Shown here: positions 24,201-36,242 of the stretch, one piece after another
Numbering within the stretch: position 1 is the first letter of the stretch
How the letters are laid out: each line of letters opens with the position of its first letter
DNA from: Vitrella brassicaformis CCMP3155
Lineage: Eukaryota > Protista > Chromerida
Direction of reading: 5' to 3'
Assembly (NCBI GenBank): GCA_001179505.1
Contig: CDMY01000456.1
Span: 1-64,000, forward strand
Length of the DNA stretch: 64,000 bases
The notes under the pieces: model-generated
Databases searched by the model: none
The model's input: the letters and a program-made list of their open reading frames with translations, nothing else
Told to the model about the DNA's origin: nothing
Translations under genes and position numbers: made by a program

Positions 24201-25119
24201 GCGTCAACACCACCATCACCACCAAGACCCCACCCGGGTCATTTCTGCTGCACTATCCGTGGCGTGGCGCGGGCGATGAAGGCCCCGGCAGCAGGGGGGC
24301 GGACGAAGGGCAGGGCAAACCTGCTGCTGCTGCTGCTGCTGCTGATGGCGGTTGTGCGGGATGGGGTGACATTTACAGGCTGGGAGTGGTGGCACTCGAT
24401 GAAGGTACAGGGCGGAGGGAGGGAGAGGGCTGTCATGGATGGTGTGTGGCGTTGGTTGTGGTTGCTTGGTTGTGCGTCCATGCATCAGAGTCTTGGTTCG
24501 CCGCCCCACAGTTCCTCGTCTACGTCGAGAGAATCCCACATCAGCCGGGAAGTAAGCGGGATGAAAAAGGGCAGCGGGTAGTGTGGGTCACTCGCCCATG
24601 GCCGTCCGTCCGTCCTTTCGGCTATGTGCAGGCGAGGACGACGGCAAGTCCCTACCGAAGTGGCGTAGCACACTGACGCAGGTGTGGAAGGGCCTCTTCC
24701 CGACCAAACCGTCCGATGCCCCATCAGTGACGCCCAGCCGGCCACCGCGGTCACCACTCAGGTAAGCACCCACGAGCAGACAACGTCGACTGTGTGAGCT
24801 CCCAATGCCATGTTTCTTCCAGGACTGTTGATGCTGACAGCGAGGCCTCACGGGCGACAAGGGTGCGTCAGAGAGATGGCGCACACAGCCCAGAGGGCAC
24901 GATATCACGACGTGTGTGGTGTGGTGTGGTGTGGTCAGGAGAGTGATGACGCCGACGACGAGTTGATGAAGAGGATGCGAGAAATCGCAAGGTGAGTGAT
25001 CGGTCGGATGAAGTCCATACCGACTCATGCGGAAAAGATCACTGCTATGTGGATGTACGTGTGTGTCACTCAGGTTGGTATCGGGTGCTCATCTACGGAA
25101 GAGGCAGCCGTGCGCGTGA
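21245..25119 (+). CDS. KICS2/C12orf66 (DUF2003)-like protein with long low-complexity insertions; 3' end uncertain
   Basis: Multi-exon gene. IELALLKSLLATEWSITRLLYDESLLLLTYAKQFL and spliced LGEWYREFLWHLANKFRVLFHPPL align without gaps to my recollection of conserved C12orf66 blocks. Confidence 0.5.
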
Positions 25120-26360
25120 CACCGTCCGCACCGGCAAGCAGAGAGAGAGGGGGATGTGTCACTCTCCATGGCCATCATTTCTTGCTGGTGCACCATGGGC
25201 ATGCGATCTCTCCCACACCGGCAAGAACTGCATCGGCTCGGCGTGTCACGCGACCAACGACACGATCCGGATTGACGTGCAGCGGCCGTCGCTTCCGGCC
25301 GGTTGTGACATCTTCAAGCCGACGGCCAGCGACCTGTTCCACCTGGTGGCTGGGTTTGCTCGCGATGAACATGACAGAAATGTCATCAGACAACACTTCG
25401 ACGCCATCTACACACACGCTCTCAAACAGGTGTGCACTCAGCAGACGAGAGGGACAACACACACTGATGTGTGTGTGTGTCTGTGTGGTTGCATGCAGTT
25501 TCCGATGGCTGAGTACGAGCGTTTCTTGTCACTCGCATTGGACGACTTCGAGCTGTCGCGGTCCGCACAAGAGCTGTCGGAGTCTCACTACGACGCCACG
25601 AGCCCGCACTGCGACGACAGCACACCGCCTCAGCCAGAGAGCGACCACCCCAAACACGAGGCGCCATATCCAGGCGGGTATGCAATGCCAAGGTGGATGG
25701 ATGGAAAGACAGAGACACACCGGGTGTGCCTTGTGTGTTGTCAGCCCGGTGCGGCGTGTGTTCGGCAAAGACCTGGGTCAGTCATTGACGGCCAGTCTGT
25801 CTGCGGCCACCGGTCCTGCAGCCGCGATGGTCCCACCTGTCGCCATGCTCACGACGATGGCCATCATGAGTGTCAAGGGCCTGCTGCAAGGCTCGCTCGC
25901 GACGGTAAAAGGGCGGAGGGAGACATGGACAGATGTGTGTTTGTATGTGTCTCTGTCCTGTTATGTGCAGATTGTTGACATTGTTCCTCCGCTCATCCCG
26001 CCGCCCATCTGGATTGCCCGTCCGCTGCCCTGTCTGCCGATGATCACGGGCAAGAACTGCATCGGGTCGGTGCTGTATCCCGCACGAGAGGCACTTAATT
26101 ATTCATTGTGCGGTACAGGATGTGCCGTGCTGCCCAATAGATGGGTGTTTGTGCACGTACGTGTGGGGTGGCTGTCGTGCTGTACGTGAGGGCGATGGAG
26201 AGGGAGAGAGATGTGGGTACGTGGCAGTTCGGTGACCCGTACTGTGGCATGACTGTGAACAAGTCAAAGATCCGAATGCATGACATCAAGCAATGGTCTG
26301 TCTCACTCGCGTCATTCATTCATTCTGGTGAAACAGATGCACAGTCATTTGCACACGTAG
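25074..26360 (+). CDS. Hypothetical Cys-containing protein exons, apparently out of frame with the upstream gene
   Basis: Exons GKNCIGSACHATNDTIRIDVQRPSLPAGCDIFKP, FPMAEYERFLSL, IVDIVPPLIPPPIWIARPLPCLPMITGKNCIGSVLYP and FGDPYCG are bounded by typical introns. Confidence 0.5.
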
Positions 26361-26493
26361 GTGGGTAGATAGGTACACAACAGACAGGCCTGTCGATCGG
26401 TCAACAAATAGTCGAATGAGCGCATGAACACATGCTTAGACAGACGCACCACCGTCACCAGGCCATGCAGCCCACAGCTATACACAGACTGCA

Positions 26494-28190
26494 TCAGCCC
26501 TTCTTGTCAGTCCGCATCTGCCTCTCGCGCCCTTGCACCTCCATAAGCATATCATCGTCTCGCACACGCAGCCGCACCAGCGCACCAGCCACCATCTGCA
26601 GCTCCCGCCCACCCATCGAACCGAGCCGCCCCTTGACAGCCTCCTTAACCCTCGCGATGCTCCGCTCCGACACACACCCCTCCACATTCGCCAAAGCGGA
26701 GAGCAGCCGACACAGCTGGCGGTTCGACAACTTCCCCTCTCTCCCCTCGATATGCTGCACCGCCTCAGCGAGCAGACGGTGGTCTCTCAGCCCCTTCCTG
26801 ACTCTTGACAGCCCCCATAGCGTGTCCACCAGTGCCTGGGCGTCGAGCCACTTCAGTTGCAGACGGACAGACCGGTTCAGCAGTGCAAACAGCTGGTTCT
26901 CGGTGTCTTGATCGAGTGACATGGCTTCCACATTCGCATATACCAAGACCATCTGGCTCACATCGGGCGCTGTAAAGTCCCGGAATAGCTGGGGCGATCC
27001 ACACAGGAATACAGACAGCTGGCGAAAGAAGGGATGGTCGAAAGGCAGCATTTTGGACAACGTCCAGACGGCGCTGCAAAGCCCCCGGCAGTCAAGCCGC
27101 CCAAAGTCTCGACGGATGCCGTCTGCCAGGCGGTCGGCGAACCCTTGAGGAAGGTTCTTTGGGTGAGCACCACAGCTGTAAGCCACCATGACCCGCGACA
27201 GGTCCTTGACAGACATGTCGGCCATTTCCCTCTCCATTACTGCATCGGCGACCTCTTTGAAGATGACATGGTCCCTCTTCCCCAGCCTCGATAGCGCAAA
27301 CACAGCCGTGCTGAGCGTGTGGAAGTCCGCACCCGATGCCCTGCCTCTCAGCCGAGCCACAAGGACGTCGATAAATGCGGTATTGTGTACATGTTGAGAG
27401 GGCAGAGCCGCATAGACGGCTAACAGCTGGGCGATGGATCGCGGCTCACATCCCTCCCAGAAAGATGCTGGCGCTTCAGCCATCCACCTGGCCGAGTCCG
27501 TGAACACGTCAGTCAATGGCCTGGGCAGCTTCGAGAGGGACCACAGGAGTGTCGTCAGCTGCCGGGGCGTCAGCTCGTGCAGCCGCCTTCTCATAGCATC
27601 TGCCACCCGATCGATCAGCTGCAAAAGAAAGAACAGAACAGAGATGGACACATCCACCGATACCAATCCACCTCCCATCATCTCACCGCCGGATGTGCCT
27701 CGAGATGGCCGCCCAGTCCACCCTCTGTGAGCAGCTTGGCCACGGCCCACACAGCACCCGAGAAAGCGGCCGGCGTGAGGGCATCATCTTGCTCGATGGA
27801 CGAGTGCAAGTCAGCCACCAAGGCGGCCAAGACCCGATGGCCTTCAAGCGCCCTCACCATCCATGATCTCTGGTTCCGTCCGTCGGCCCTGTCGACACAT
27901 CTGGCGATGTGGTAGAGGCCGTAGGCACGGCTGAGGCTGTCACATTCCGCCATGTGGTCCTCAATGAACTGCAGCAGCCGGTGACAGTCGCCGGCCATTG
28001 CAGAGATGGCATCGGTCATGGTTGCAGTGCCGGCAATAGCAGCATTGTTGCCGTTGACGGCTGAGGGCTGTGCTGGTGTGCAGAAGTGATGGCGGGACAG
28101 CCGCGCAGCCTGCCGGCGAGCTGAGGCCAGGAGATGCTGACTCATCTCCCTGAAAGCAAGGAAACCGGGAACGCCGATCAGTGAGGCCAT
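26494..28190 (-). CDS. Helical-repeat organellar RNA-binding protein (heptatricopeptide/OPR/FASTK-like)
   Basis: Repeated units of about 36-38 aa such as LTPRQLTTLLWSLSKL, LDCRGLCSAVWTLSKM and LDAQALVDTLWGLSRV. The Arg-rich N-terminus MASLIGVPGFLAFREMSQHLLASARRQAARLSR looks like a mitochondrial presequence. Confidence 0.75.
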
Positions 28191-28767
28191 CTCATTGATC
28201 CAGGCTCCTCTTTTCCCTCTGTCCCCTCTTCCCCCTCGTGCGAGCTCGAATGCGAAGAGGAGAAGAGAAAGAGAAAAATGTTTCAAACACCGTCGGTAGG
28301 CCCGCCCCACCTAGGAGGGGCTGCGGGGCAGGCTCCAAGACCCGCTGCCTTCCCAGGGGCTGCTTCCAGTGCGCGAGGTAGGTGGGAGGGGGGACAAGGG
28401 AGAGAGAACAGAGGAATGGCGTGTGGGTGGGTGCGTGGGGAGGGGGAATGAGTGTCGGATGGCCTCCNNNNNNNNNNNNNNNNNNNNNNNNNNNNNNNNN
28501 NNNNNNNNNNNNNNNNNNNNNNNNNNNNNNNNNNNNNNNNNNNNNNNNNNNNNNNNNNNNNNNNNNNNNNNNNNNNNNNNNNNNNNNNNNNNNNNNNNNN
28601 NNNNNNNNNNNNNNNNNNNNNNNNNNNNNNNNNNNNNNNNNNNNNNNNNNNNNNNNNNNNNNNNNNNNNNNNNNNNNNNNNNNNNNNNNNNNNNNNNNNN
28701 NNNNNNNNNNNNNNNNNNNNNNNNNNNNNNNNNNNNNNNNNNNNNNNNNNNNNNNNNNNNNNNNNNN

Positions 28768-29451
28768 TCATCTTGCTCGATGGACGAGTGCAAGTCAGCC
28801 ACCAAGGCGGCCAAGACTTGATGGCGGTCAAGCGCCCTCACCATCCGCGATCTCTCATTCCGTCCATCGGCCCTGTCGACACATCTGGCGATGTGGTAGA
28901 GGCCGTAGGCACGGCTGAGGCTGTCACATTCCGCCATGTGGTCCTCAATGAACTGCAGCAGCCGGTGACAGTCGCCGGCCATTGCAGAGATGGCATCGGT
29001 CATGGTTGCAGTGCCGGCAATAGCAGCATTGTTGCCGTTGACGGCTGAGGGCTGTGCTGGTGTGCAGAAGTGATGGCGGGACAGCCGCGCAGCCTGCCGG
29101 CGAGCTGAGGCCAGGAGATGCTGACTCATCTCCCTGAAAGCAAGGAAACCGGGAACGCCGATCAGTGAGGCCATCTCATTGATCCAGGCTCCTCTTTTCC
29201 CTCTGTCCCCTCTTCCCCCTCGTGCGAGCTCGAATGCGAAGAGGAGAAGAGAAAGAGAAAAATGTTTCAAACACCGTCGGTAGGCCCGCCCCACCTAGGA
29301 GGGGCTGCGGGGCAGGCTCCAAGACCCGCTGCCTTCCCAGGGGCTGCTTCCAGTGCGCGAGGTAGGTGGGAGGGGGGACAAGGGAGAGAGAACAGAGGAA
29401 TGGCGTGTGGGTGGGTGCGTGGGGAGGGGGAATGAGTGTCGGATGGCCTCC
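28768..29451. repeat. Near-identical copy of 27784-28467 across an assembly gap (haplotype or tandem duplicate)
   Basis: Offset is 984 bp. The copy includes the 5' part of the HPR gene, the bidirectional promoter and CBM20 exon 1. Confidence 0.85.
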
Positions 29452-30335
29452 TCTGAACTTAATCCTGCCTGTTTGTGAATCCGTCCTGTATTATCTCAGG
29501 TGGGGCGGTTCCGCCCGTCCCCCTCCCCGAGCCGCCCAAGTATGTGCCGCCGGACGAGCAGCAGTGGGTGCCGGCGGCCCTCACGGCCAAGCTCCCCCCC
29601 AAGACCGTGCCGCGGGAGACCACCCGGGCGCGGTATCAGCAGTTGCTCAAGGACAAGAAGGTCAAGATGTACGAGGACGCCCTCGCAGAGGCCCTCCGGC
29701 GTGAGCGGCTGGCGGCCACCGGCGTCACGCCAGACGCCATGAATTTTCGCATCAAATACGACACACGAGTGGGTGGCAGAGGGCGACTGGGGGGAAGAGA
29801 GGCAGGCGGTCATCCCATCATGGTTGGCATGGTTGTGTCTGGCTGGCGTGTGTGCGGTGTGCAGTTCGGTCAGAACTTGTATTTGGTCGGTTCGGTGGAG
29901 CCCCTGGGGCTGTGGGACCCGAGCCGTGCGGTCAAGATGACCTGGAACGAGGGCAACATGTGGACCTGCACCGTCAACCTGCCCGTCTGTAAGCACCAAG
30001 CACACCAGCACAGACAGACAAACCAATTCACGCACGACGCAACCCTTTTTTTTTGCGACTGTGTGTACGTTTCCTCCCTCCCTCCCTCAATCAATCGATC
30101 AGCGATCGGCGAGGTTGAGTACAAGTACATCGTGCGGCAGGACAACATGGTGGACTGGGAACACGGCAACAACCACAAGGTGAGTGAGTCAGTGGGTGGA
30201 CCCACACACAGCACAGCACAGCACATCAACCACTGACAGACACGACGACCGATGTGTGTGTGTGTATGTGTGTAGCTCAACTCGGTGCAGGGCGGCGTGA
30301 CGGTGGAAGACGCCTGGGGGCAGGGGCGGGGCTAG
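29262..30335 (+). CDS. CBM20 starch-binding-domain protein with no catalytic domain
   Basis: Pro-rich N-terminus, then FRIKYDTR|FGQNLYLVGSVEPLGLWDPSRAVKMTWNEGNMW...VEYKYIV...WEHGNNH...VEDAWG, a CBM20 consensus. Confidence 0.88.
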
Positions 30336-30349
30336 GGAGATAATCAGAC

Positions 30350-32100
30350 AGACAGGATTGGGCGTCAAGTGTGGCTGGCTGTCTGTGCAGTGTGAGAGAG
30401 TGTGTGCGTTCCTAGTTGCTCTCTGCTACCACCAGTGATTTGTCTGCCTACGACTGGGATGATGGATGGATGGGGCGGTGGATGCCTGGCTGTCTGGCTG
30501 CCTCAGGGTTGTGTTGTGTTGTGCCATGTCGTGTGCAGCTATATCTATCGCCGTACATGTGGCTGTATCACTAGCTAATCGATCGATATCGATTCCTGTG
30601 TACTTGCGCATTTTTGTCGTCCGTCCCGTCCGCCAATCCGTCTGTCCGTCTCCCTCGCTCATAGAACGAACGACTCACTCACTCACTCACTCTGTCTGAT
30701 CGACTGACTGACTGACTGCACAACACCTCTCTCTCTCTCTCTCTCTCCATCGGGCAGGCAGGCAGGCAGGCAGGCAGTGTGTGCATGCCATGCTTCTTTG
30801 TCGGACTGCCCGTCTTCTCGTGACGACTGAGTGGACGACTGAATGAATCAACGAGCGGTGTTGCATCCCTCCCTCACTCCCTCCCTCACTCACTGACTTG
30901 ACAGACAGGAGGTCAGGCAGATACATGGCACCGGGTACCTACCTGTGTGGGTGCACGTGTTCTCAGCTTCTGGCGTGTGATGTCAACAACAAACAGCTCA
31001 TGCACTCAGATGGTCGGTCCTCTGTGTTGTGTTGGCGTCACGTCACTCGCTGGGGAGGTCGAAGCACACACCACTGACTGACACACAAACAACGCAGGCA
31101 GACAGACCAGACAGGATCGAAGGAGGCGAAGCACACATGCATTGCAACACAACACAACCTGATTGGCAACCTGATTGGTCGATGGATTGGGTTGGCTGGG
31201 TGGGTGGCTGGCTGGGTGGGTGATGTACAGTCTCTCTGTGTGAAACCAGTGTGTCCCTGTGACGTGACGTCGGTTTTGGTTCGGTCTCTCGCCTTGTTGC
31301 CTGTTGCGACGCCAATGGACGCCAGTGGGGTCCTCAGCCCGGGGAGATCCAGGGCCCCGCACGGCGTTGCGAGTGACCTGCTTGCTGTTCATGTTGTGCG
31401 ATGGTGTGAACTCACTCACTCAGTCCCCGCCACTCGTTCGTTGACGCACTTGATGTATAGTTGGTTACATACCTGCCTCATTGGTTGACGCATGCCTGTC
31501 TCCATTCCATCCATTCCATCCAGCCGCACACGCATGCACAGATTTATGTGTGTGTGTGTATGGAGTATTTATCCCTCTCCATCTCCGTCCATATATCTCT
31601 CTCTTTGTGTGTTGGTGCCGTGTGTAGCCCCACAGCACAGCTAGTGGCGCGTGTGCATTGCATGCGTGCGCGACAGTGGGCTGGCTGCGTGCGTGTGTCG
31701 GTTTTCATTGACACTCACTCACTCGGGTACTCGCGTGCGTATCTCGTGGGTGGATGAATGGATGGATGGATGGATGAAACTTCACACTGACCGCCTGCCT
31801 GACGCGGCTGACTGAAGCACATACTCGTGAGCCACACACAATTATCCCGAGATCGGTTAGATTAGCAGGTGGGTCCATTCCATTCATTAGGTATGCCTGC
31901 CTACACGCGCACACGCACATATCCCACAAGCATTGCAAGCAGCGCTAGGCAATTAGAGCATGATGAAAACGCACAGCTGACTATATAGTCATATACACAC
32001 ACAGGTCAGCCCAGGCCACACTTACCAGCACCCCACCCCACCTCCCCTCTCACAAAAACAGATAGATGCACGCAACGCACAGCAGCACGCTACGCACATC
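30350..32100. repeat. Microsatellite-rich non-coding interval ((CACT)n, (GGAT)n, (GGCA)n, (CT)n) between convergent genes
   Basis: No credible ORF, with dense simple repeats. Confidence 0.7.
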
Positions 32101-32330
32101 TCCACACACACATCAGCTGCAGACACCACACGGGCTTGCATTGCATTGCAGCTGGTTGCCCCCCATCCACACACACAAGGCGGGGCGGGGCGGGGCGGCA
32201 AGGGCGATGCGCATGACCAACGCGAGAGCAGCGGCACAAATAACCACCACCCACCCAGGCAGAGGGACGGAGAGAGGGAGGGAGAGAGAGAGCAACCAAC
32301 CAAGCACCGAAGCAGCCGCGAGGCATTTCC

Positions 32331-33681
32331 TCACAGCTGCTGCTGCTGGTGCTGCTGCTGTTGCTGGTGCTGCCGTCTCCGCCCTGCTGGCCTCCTCTCT
32401 CGCTCTTGTCTTTGTTGCTGTTGTTGCTCTGCCTTGAGCTGCGTATACGATCCGCCGTACGATGATGATCCAGGATGCTTGGGATACTCCAGCACACCAC
32501 CACCTGAGCCGCGCTTTCTTCTTTTCCTTCTGGCTGCTGCTGACGCTGCAACTGACGACTGCTGGTGGTGGTGGTGGCGGTGTGCTGAGGCGCTCTGGTC
32601 GGTCTGGAGCGTCATGATGGTGGCTGGTGGGGCCACCATGTCCTCTGTGGTTATCCTCTGGCTGTTGGACGGGTGGGAGTCGCGGATGTGGTTCAGGTGC
32701 ACCAGCGCGGCGGCGTCTGAGCGGGCCTTGGCTATACCGACCTGCCGCACACACATGGATGGATGTGTTGTGAGTGTTGGTGTGTCGGTGGCTGACCTGT
32801 GGGGGAGAGTCTCTCTTGAAGACGGTGTAGTACTGCCGCATGAACACGTCACCTGTTGTATACACACAGCACAGGCCACACCACCATGCGTGTGTCGGCG
32901 CGTCTGTTGTGGGTCTGTGTGCCCCTCGTACCGACCGAGTATATATGCCGGTGCGTATGGCTCCGGCACGTCGATATCCATGTAACCCGCCTTGCAGTCA
33001 CCATTGCCAGCCTACAGACGACGCGCACTCATAGTAACAAACGTGTGCTCTCTCCCCCATCCCTCCCTCCCTCACCGGCACGAGATATTCCGACGGCGTC
33101 AGCGTCACCACAACACCACTCTGCACACAACACACAACAAACAACAGCCACACACACACAAGCGCGTCCCGTCCACACACCAATGTCAGTTATGTGACAA
33201 TCCCCCACTTATGTATATATCCCCCGCGCAGCGCACCGCACCATATTATAGGTGATGTTGACTTGCGCCTCCCCCTCGGCCCGGAGTGAGTCGCACGGCC
33301 TGGCGGTCAGCGGCACACGCGAACCCAACGCCTCCATCTGTGACCTCGGAACCGTGTTGAACGATGTGCCTGTGGGTGGGAGGGAGGGAGGGAGGGAGGG
33401 ACACACAGAGACAGAGGATAGCTACAGGCACGTGTGTATGTGGTGGGGAGTAGGCAGGTCCATGTGTTGTGTGTGTGTGTGTGTGTGTTTACCCGTGTCG
33501 AATATGACGTATGCTGGCCCGTCACAGCAGAGCTGCAGATCGCCGACCGTTAGCCTGTGCAGCTTCACCTCCCAGTAGTGCTCCAGGTGTTGCGGTACGG
33601 GCAGCATGTGGATGGGGCCCTCGAAGTAACTCCGATTCACACCGCCGAAGAATGTCGCTGACGCCTGCACACACACACGCA

Positions 33682-33716
<35 letters not shown>

Positions 33717-35781
33717 TCAGTCATGGCGATACGTGGCTGGATGTCTGTCTGTCTGTGTCGAGCTGCACCTGGTGTGGTTGGCTTGACAGGTAGAACGAGA
33801 ATTCGTTGTGTTTGAGGATGCCCTGCTGCATGATGTTGTCGAAAAAGGGCGTCACGCCTGCACACACCACACCACATTCACCGATCGATCGATCAGCGCC
33901 CGATGCGATGCGATGCGTGTGCCCGTTCACACCCCCCCACACACACATACCTTCACACGACATGGAGGGAAAGGCCAGCCCCAGAATGCCCTCAAAGTCG
34001 ATCTCCTGAACCACCAAACCCACGCAGAACAGACAGATATGAGGGAAGAAGCAGGACAGACAAAGGCGTCAATGTCATCAGTCAGCCAATCACCTCGAAA
34101 ATGTTGAATTCTCCGTCTTTGAGCTCGGCCGTGACGAGCCCAAACGACTGGTTCTTGACGGTGAAGGGCCCCAGCTGGAAGTCATCCAAACCCAGCAGCC
34201 CCTCGATGCTTCCCGTGCCGAACTGACAGTAATGATACCACCATCACCACCACACACACATGTGATAGCAGTGGATCGATGGCCGGCCATGGGTGAGTGC
34301 GGTGTCTCTGTGTGTGTGACGTGACCCACCCCACCTCACCTTGATGGTGAGTTTGACGCCCGGTTCCGCCCAGTGGAACGTGTTTGACTTGCTCATGTCG
34401 AACTGGTGGAGGCCGTCCTTGGTGCAGGTCGGCATCTGACACAATGTCGATATCACCCACAGATTCCTGACACACACACACCCCCCCCCCCCCAGTACNN
34501 NNNNNNNNNNNNNNNNNNNNNNNNNNNNNNNNNNNNNNNNNNNNNNNNNNNNNNNNNNNNNNNNNNNNNNNNNNNNNNNNNNNNNNNNNNNNNNNNNNNN
34601 NNNNNNNNNNNNNNNNNNNNNNNNNNNNNNNNNNNNNNNNNNNNNNNNNNNNNNNNNNNNNNNNNNNNNNNNNNNNNNNNNNNNNNNNNNNNNNNNNNNN
34701 NNNNNNNNNNNNNNNNNNNNNNNNNNNNNNNNNNNNNNNNNNNNNNNNNNNNNNNNNNNNNNNNNNNNNNNNNNNNNNNNNNNNNNNNNNNNNNNNNNCC
34801 CCCCCCCCCCCAGTACACGACGAGGCGCGTGTGTGTGTAGATGTGGTGTGTCCCCCGGTTGTTGGCTGCTCAGGTCAGCTCAGCTCAGCTCACGTGCTGC
34901 CCGTGTCGAATATGACATTCTCATATTGGCCGGGGGCGCTCGTGCCCACGCCTATGGGGCCGATGTACTGATTCTGAAAACCACACACCCACACAAACGT
35001 TTGACACAGATGACGGCGCCTCTCACTCCATCCATTTGATGTGATGTGACTTACATCTCTGACGTTGTTGAGGTCCACCTGCACCTCCCCCCTGATCTCC
35101 GTCTGGTTGACGTCATACGCCGCTATACGCCGACCATACCTCTGATGCTGATGCTGCGCACCCTCCCCACCCATAGCGTCGTCAAACTCCCAATCACGCT
35201 CAGATCGGCCGCCCCGCCCCTGGCTGAAGATAATGGGCTCGCTGTCGAGGTCCTCACTCTCACTCTCGTCGCTCTCATCACTGTCCTCATCTCGGCTGCT
35301 TCCGTGGGATCGTGACGATCCCATCTGTAGGTAGAATGAGTGTGGGTCGAAGCTGTCCGGGAGGACTGTGTGGCGGGTGTGGCCGTTGCGGGACTCATAG
35401 CGCTGCTTGGCACGGTGGTGCGGGAGGCGGCCCATGTACCGCGGCTGAACCGTCAAGGCCAACGTGTGCTGCACACATACACGCAGGCACACACACGTGG
35501 TGAGGGAAAAGAGAGAGATTCGCGTGTGTGTGCATGGTATTGCTCACCTCTGGCTCATGTTCCGGGTGCAGGCAGACCTCACACGAGCTGTCGATGAAGC
35601 TCACAGCCTGCCCTTCCCGATACAGGCACTCAGAGCAAGACATCACCGTCCCAGACCGAGATACCGACACCGTCCCCTCACACAGGCCCGCCAAGCCACA
35701 CATGAACACAGCCACTGATGCGACGATTGGCACCCACAGGCCTGGGGGCTCCTTAGCGCCGCCTAATGCCGACGCTGCCAT
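32331..35781 (-). CDS. A1 aspartic protease, plasmepsin IX/X - Toxoplasma ASP3-like
   Basis: Both catalytic motifs are present after splicing: IFDTGST|NLWV and VIFDTG|TSFNTVP. Also GILGLAFPSMS, HYWEVKL and GDVFMRQYYTVF, with an N-terminal hydrophobic anchor and an acidic prosegment. Confidence 0.9.
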
Positions 35782-36242
35782 GCCCGATATGATGCCACCG
35801 CGCTCGCTTCAGACGCTGACGTGAAGAAGCTTTGCAGAGCGGATGAAGAATGAAATGGCCGAAGGGTACCGAAAAGGGATGGGGGCGTCGACGGAGGGGC
35901 GATGGAAGTCGGCTGCTGTCACCGTGGCGAGGGGCTGATCCCCCTTTTTCCACTTGTGATGGGCGACGTCCCTCGGCTGTCGGCTCAGTGCCGCATGCAG
36001 TCAAACTGACGATGCAGGCGAGGCACTGATTACGTCTTGCGTGACGGAGTCCTTCTCTCTCCTTTCATCAAGGCGTCAAGATCGCACATCAGCTCACATT
36101 AGCTCGCAAAAAAGGGAGAAGAGGAAGGAGAGAGGAGAGGAGTCCAGAGGGCACCAGTCGCACGTGCAGGGCTACCCAGATCTGAAATCGAGACGGAGAT
36201 CCGCTGTTAGTCGGCTGGGAGTATCTCGTGTGTGGTGTGAGG

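Noticed and set aside
33492-34915. Identical 17-bp CCCGTGTCGAATATGAC at both catalytic-motif exons
   Set aside because: Both encode VIFDTG, so shared amino acids and codon bias explain it.
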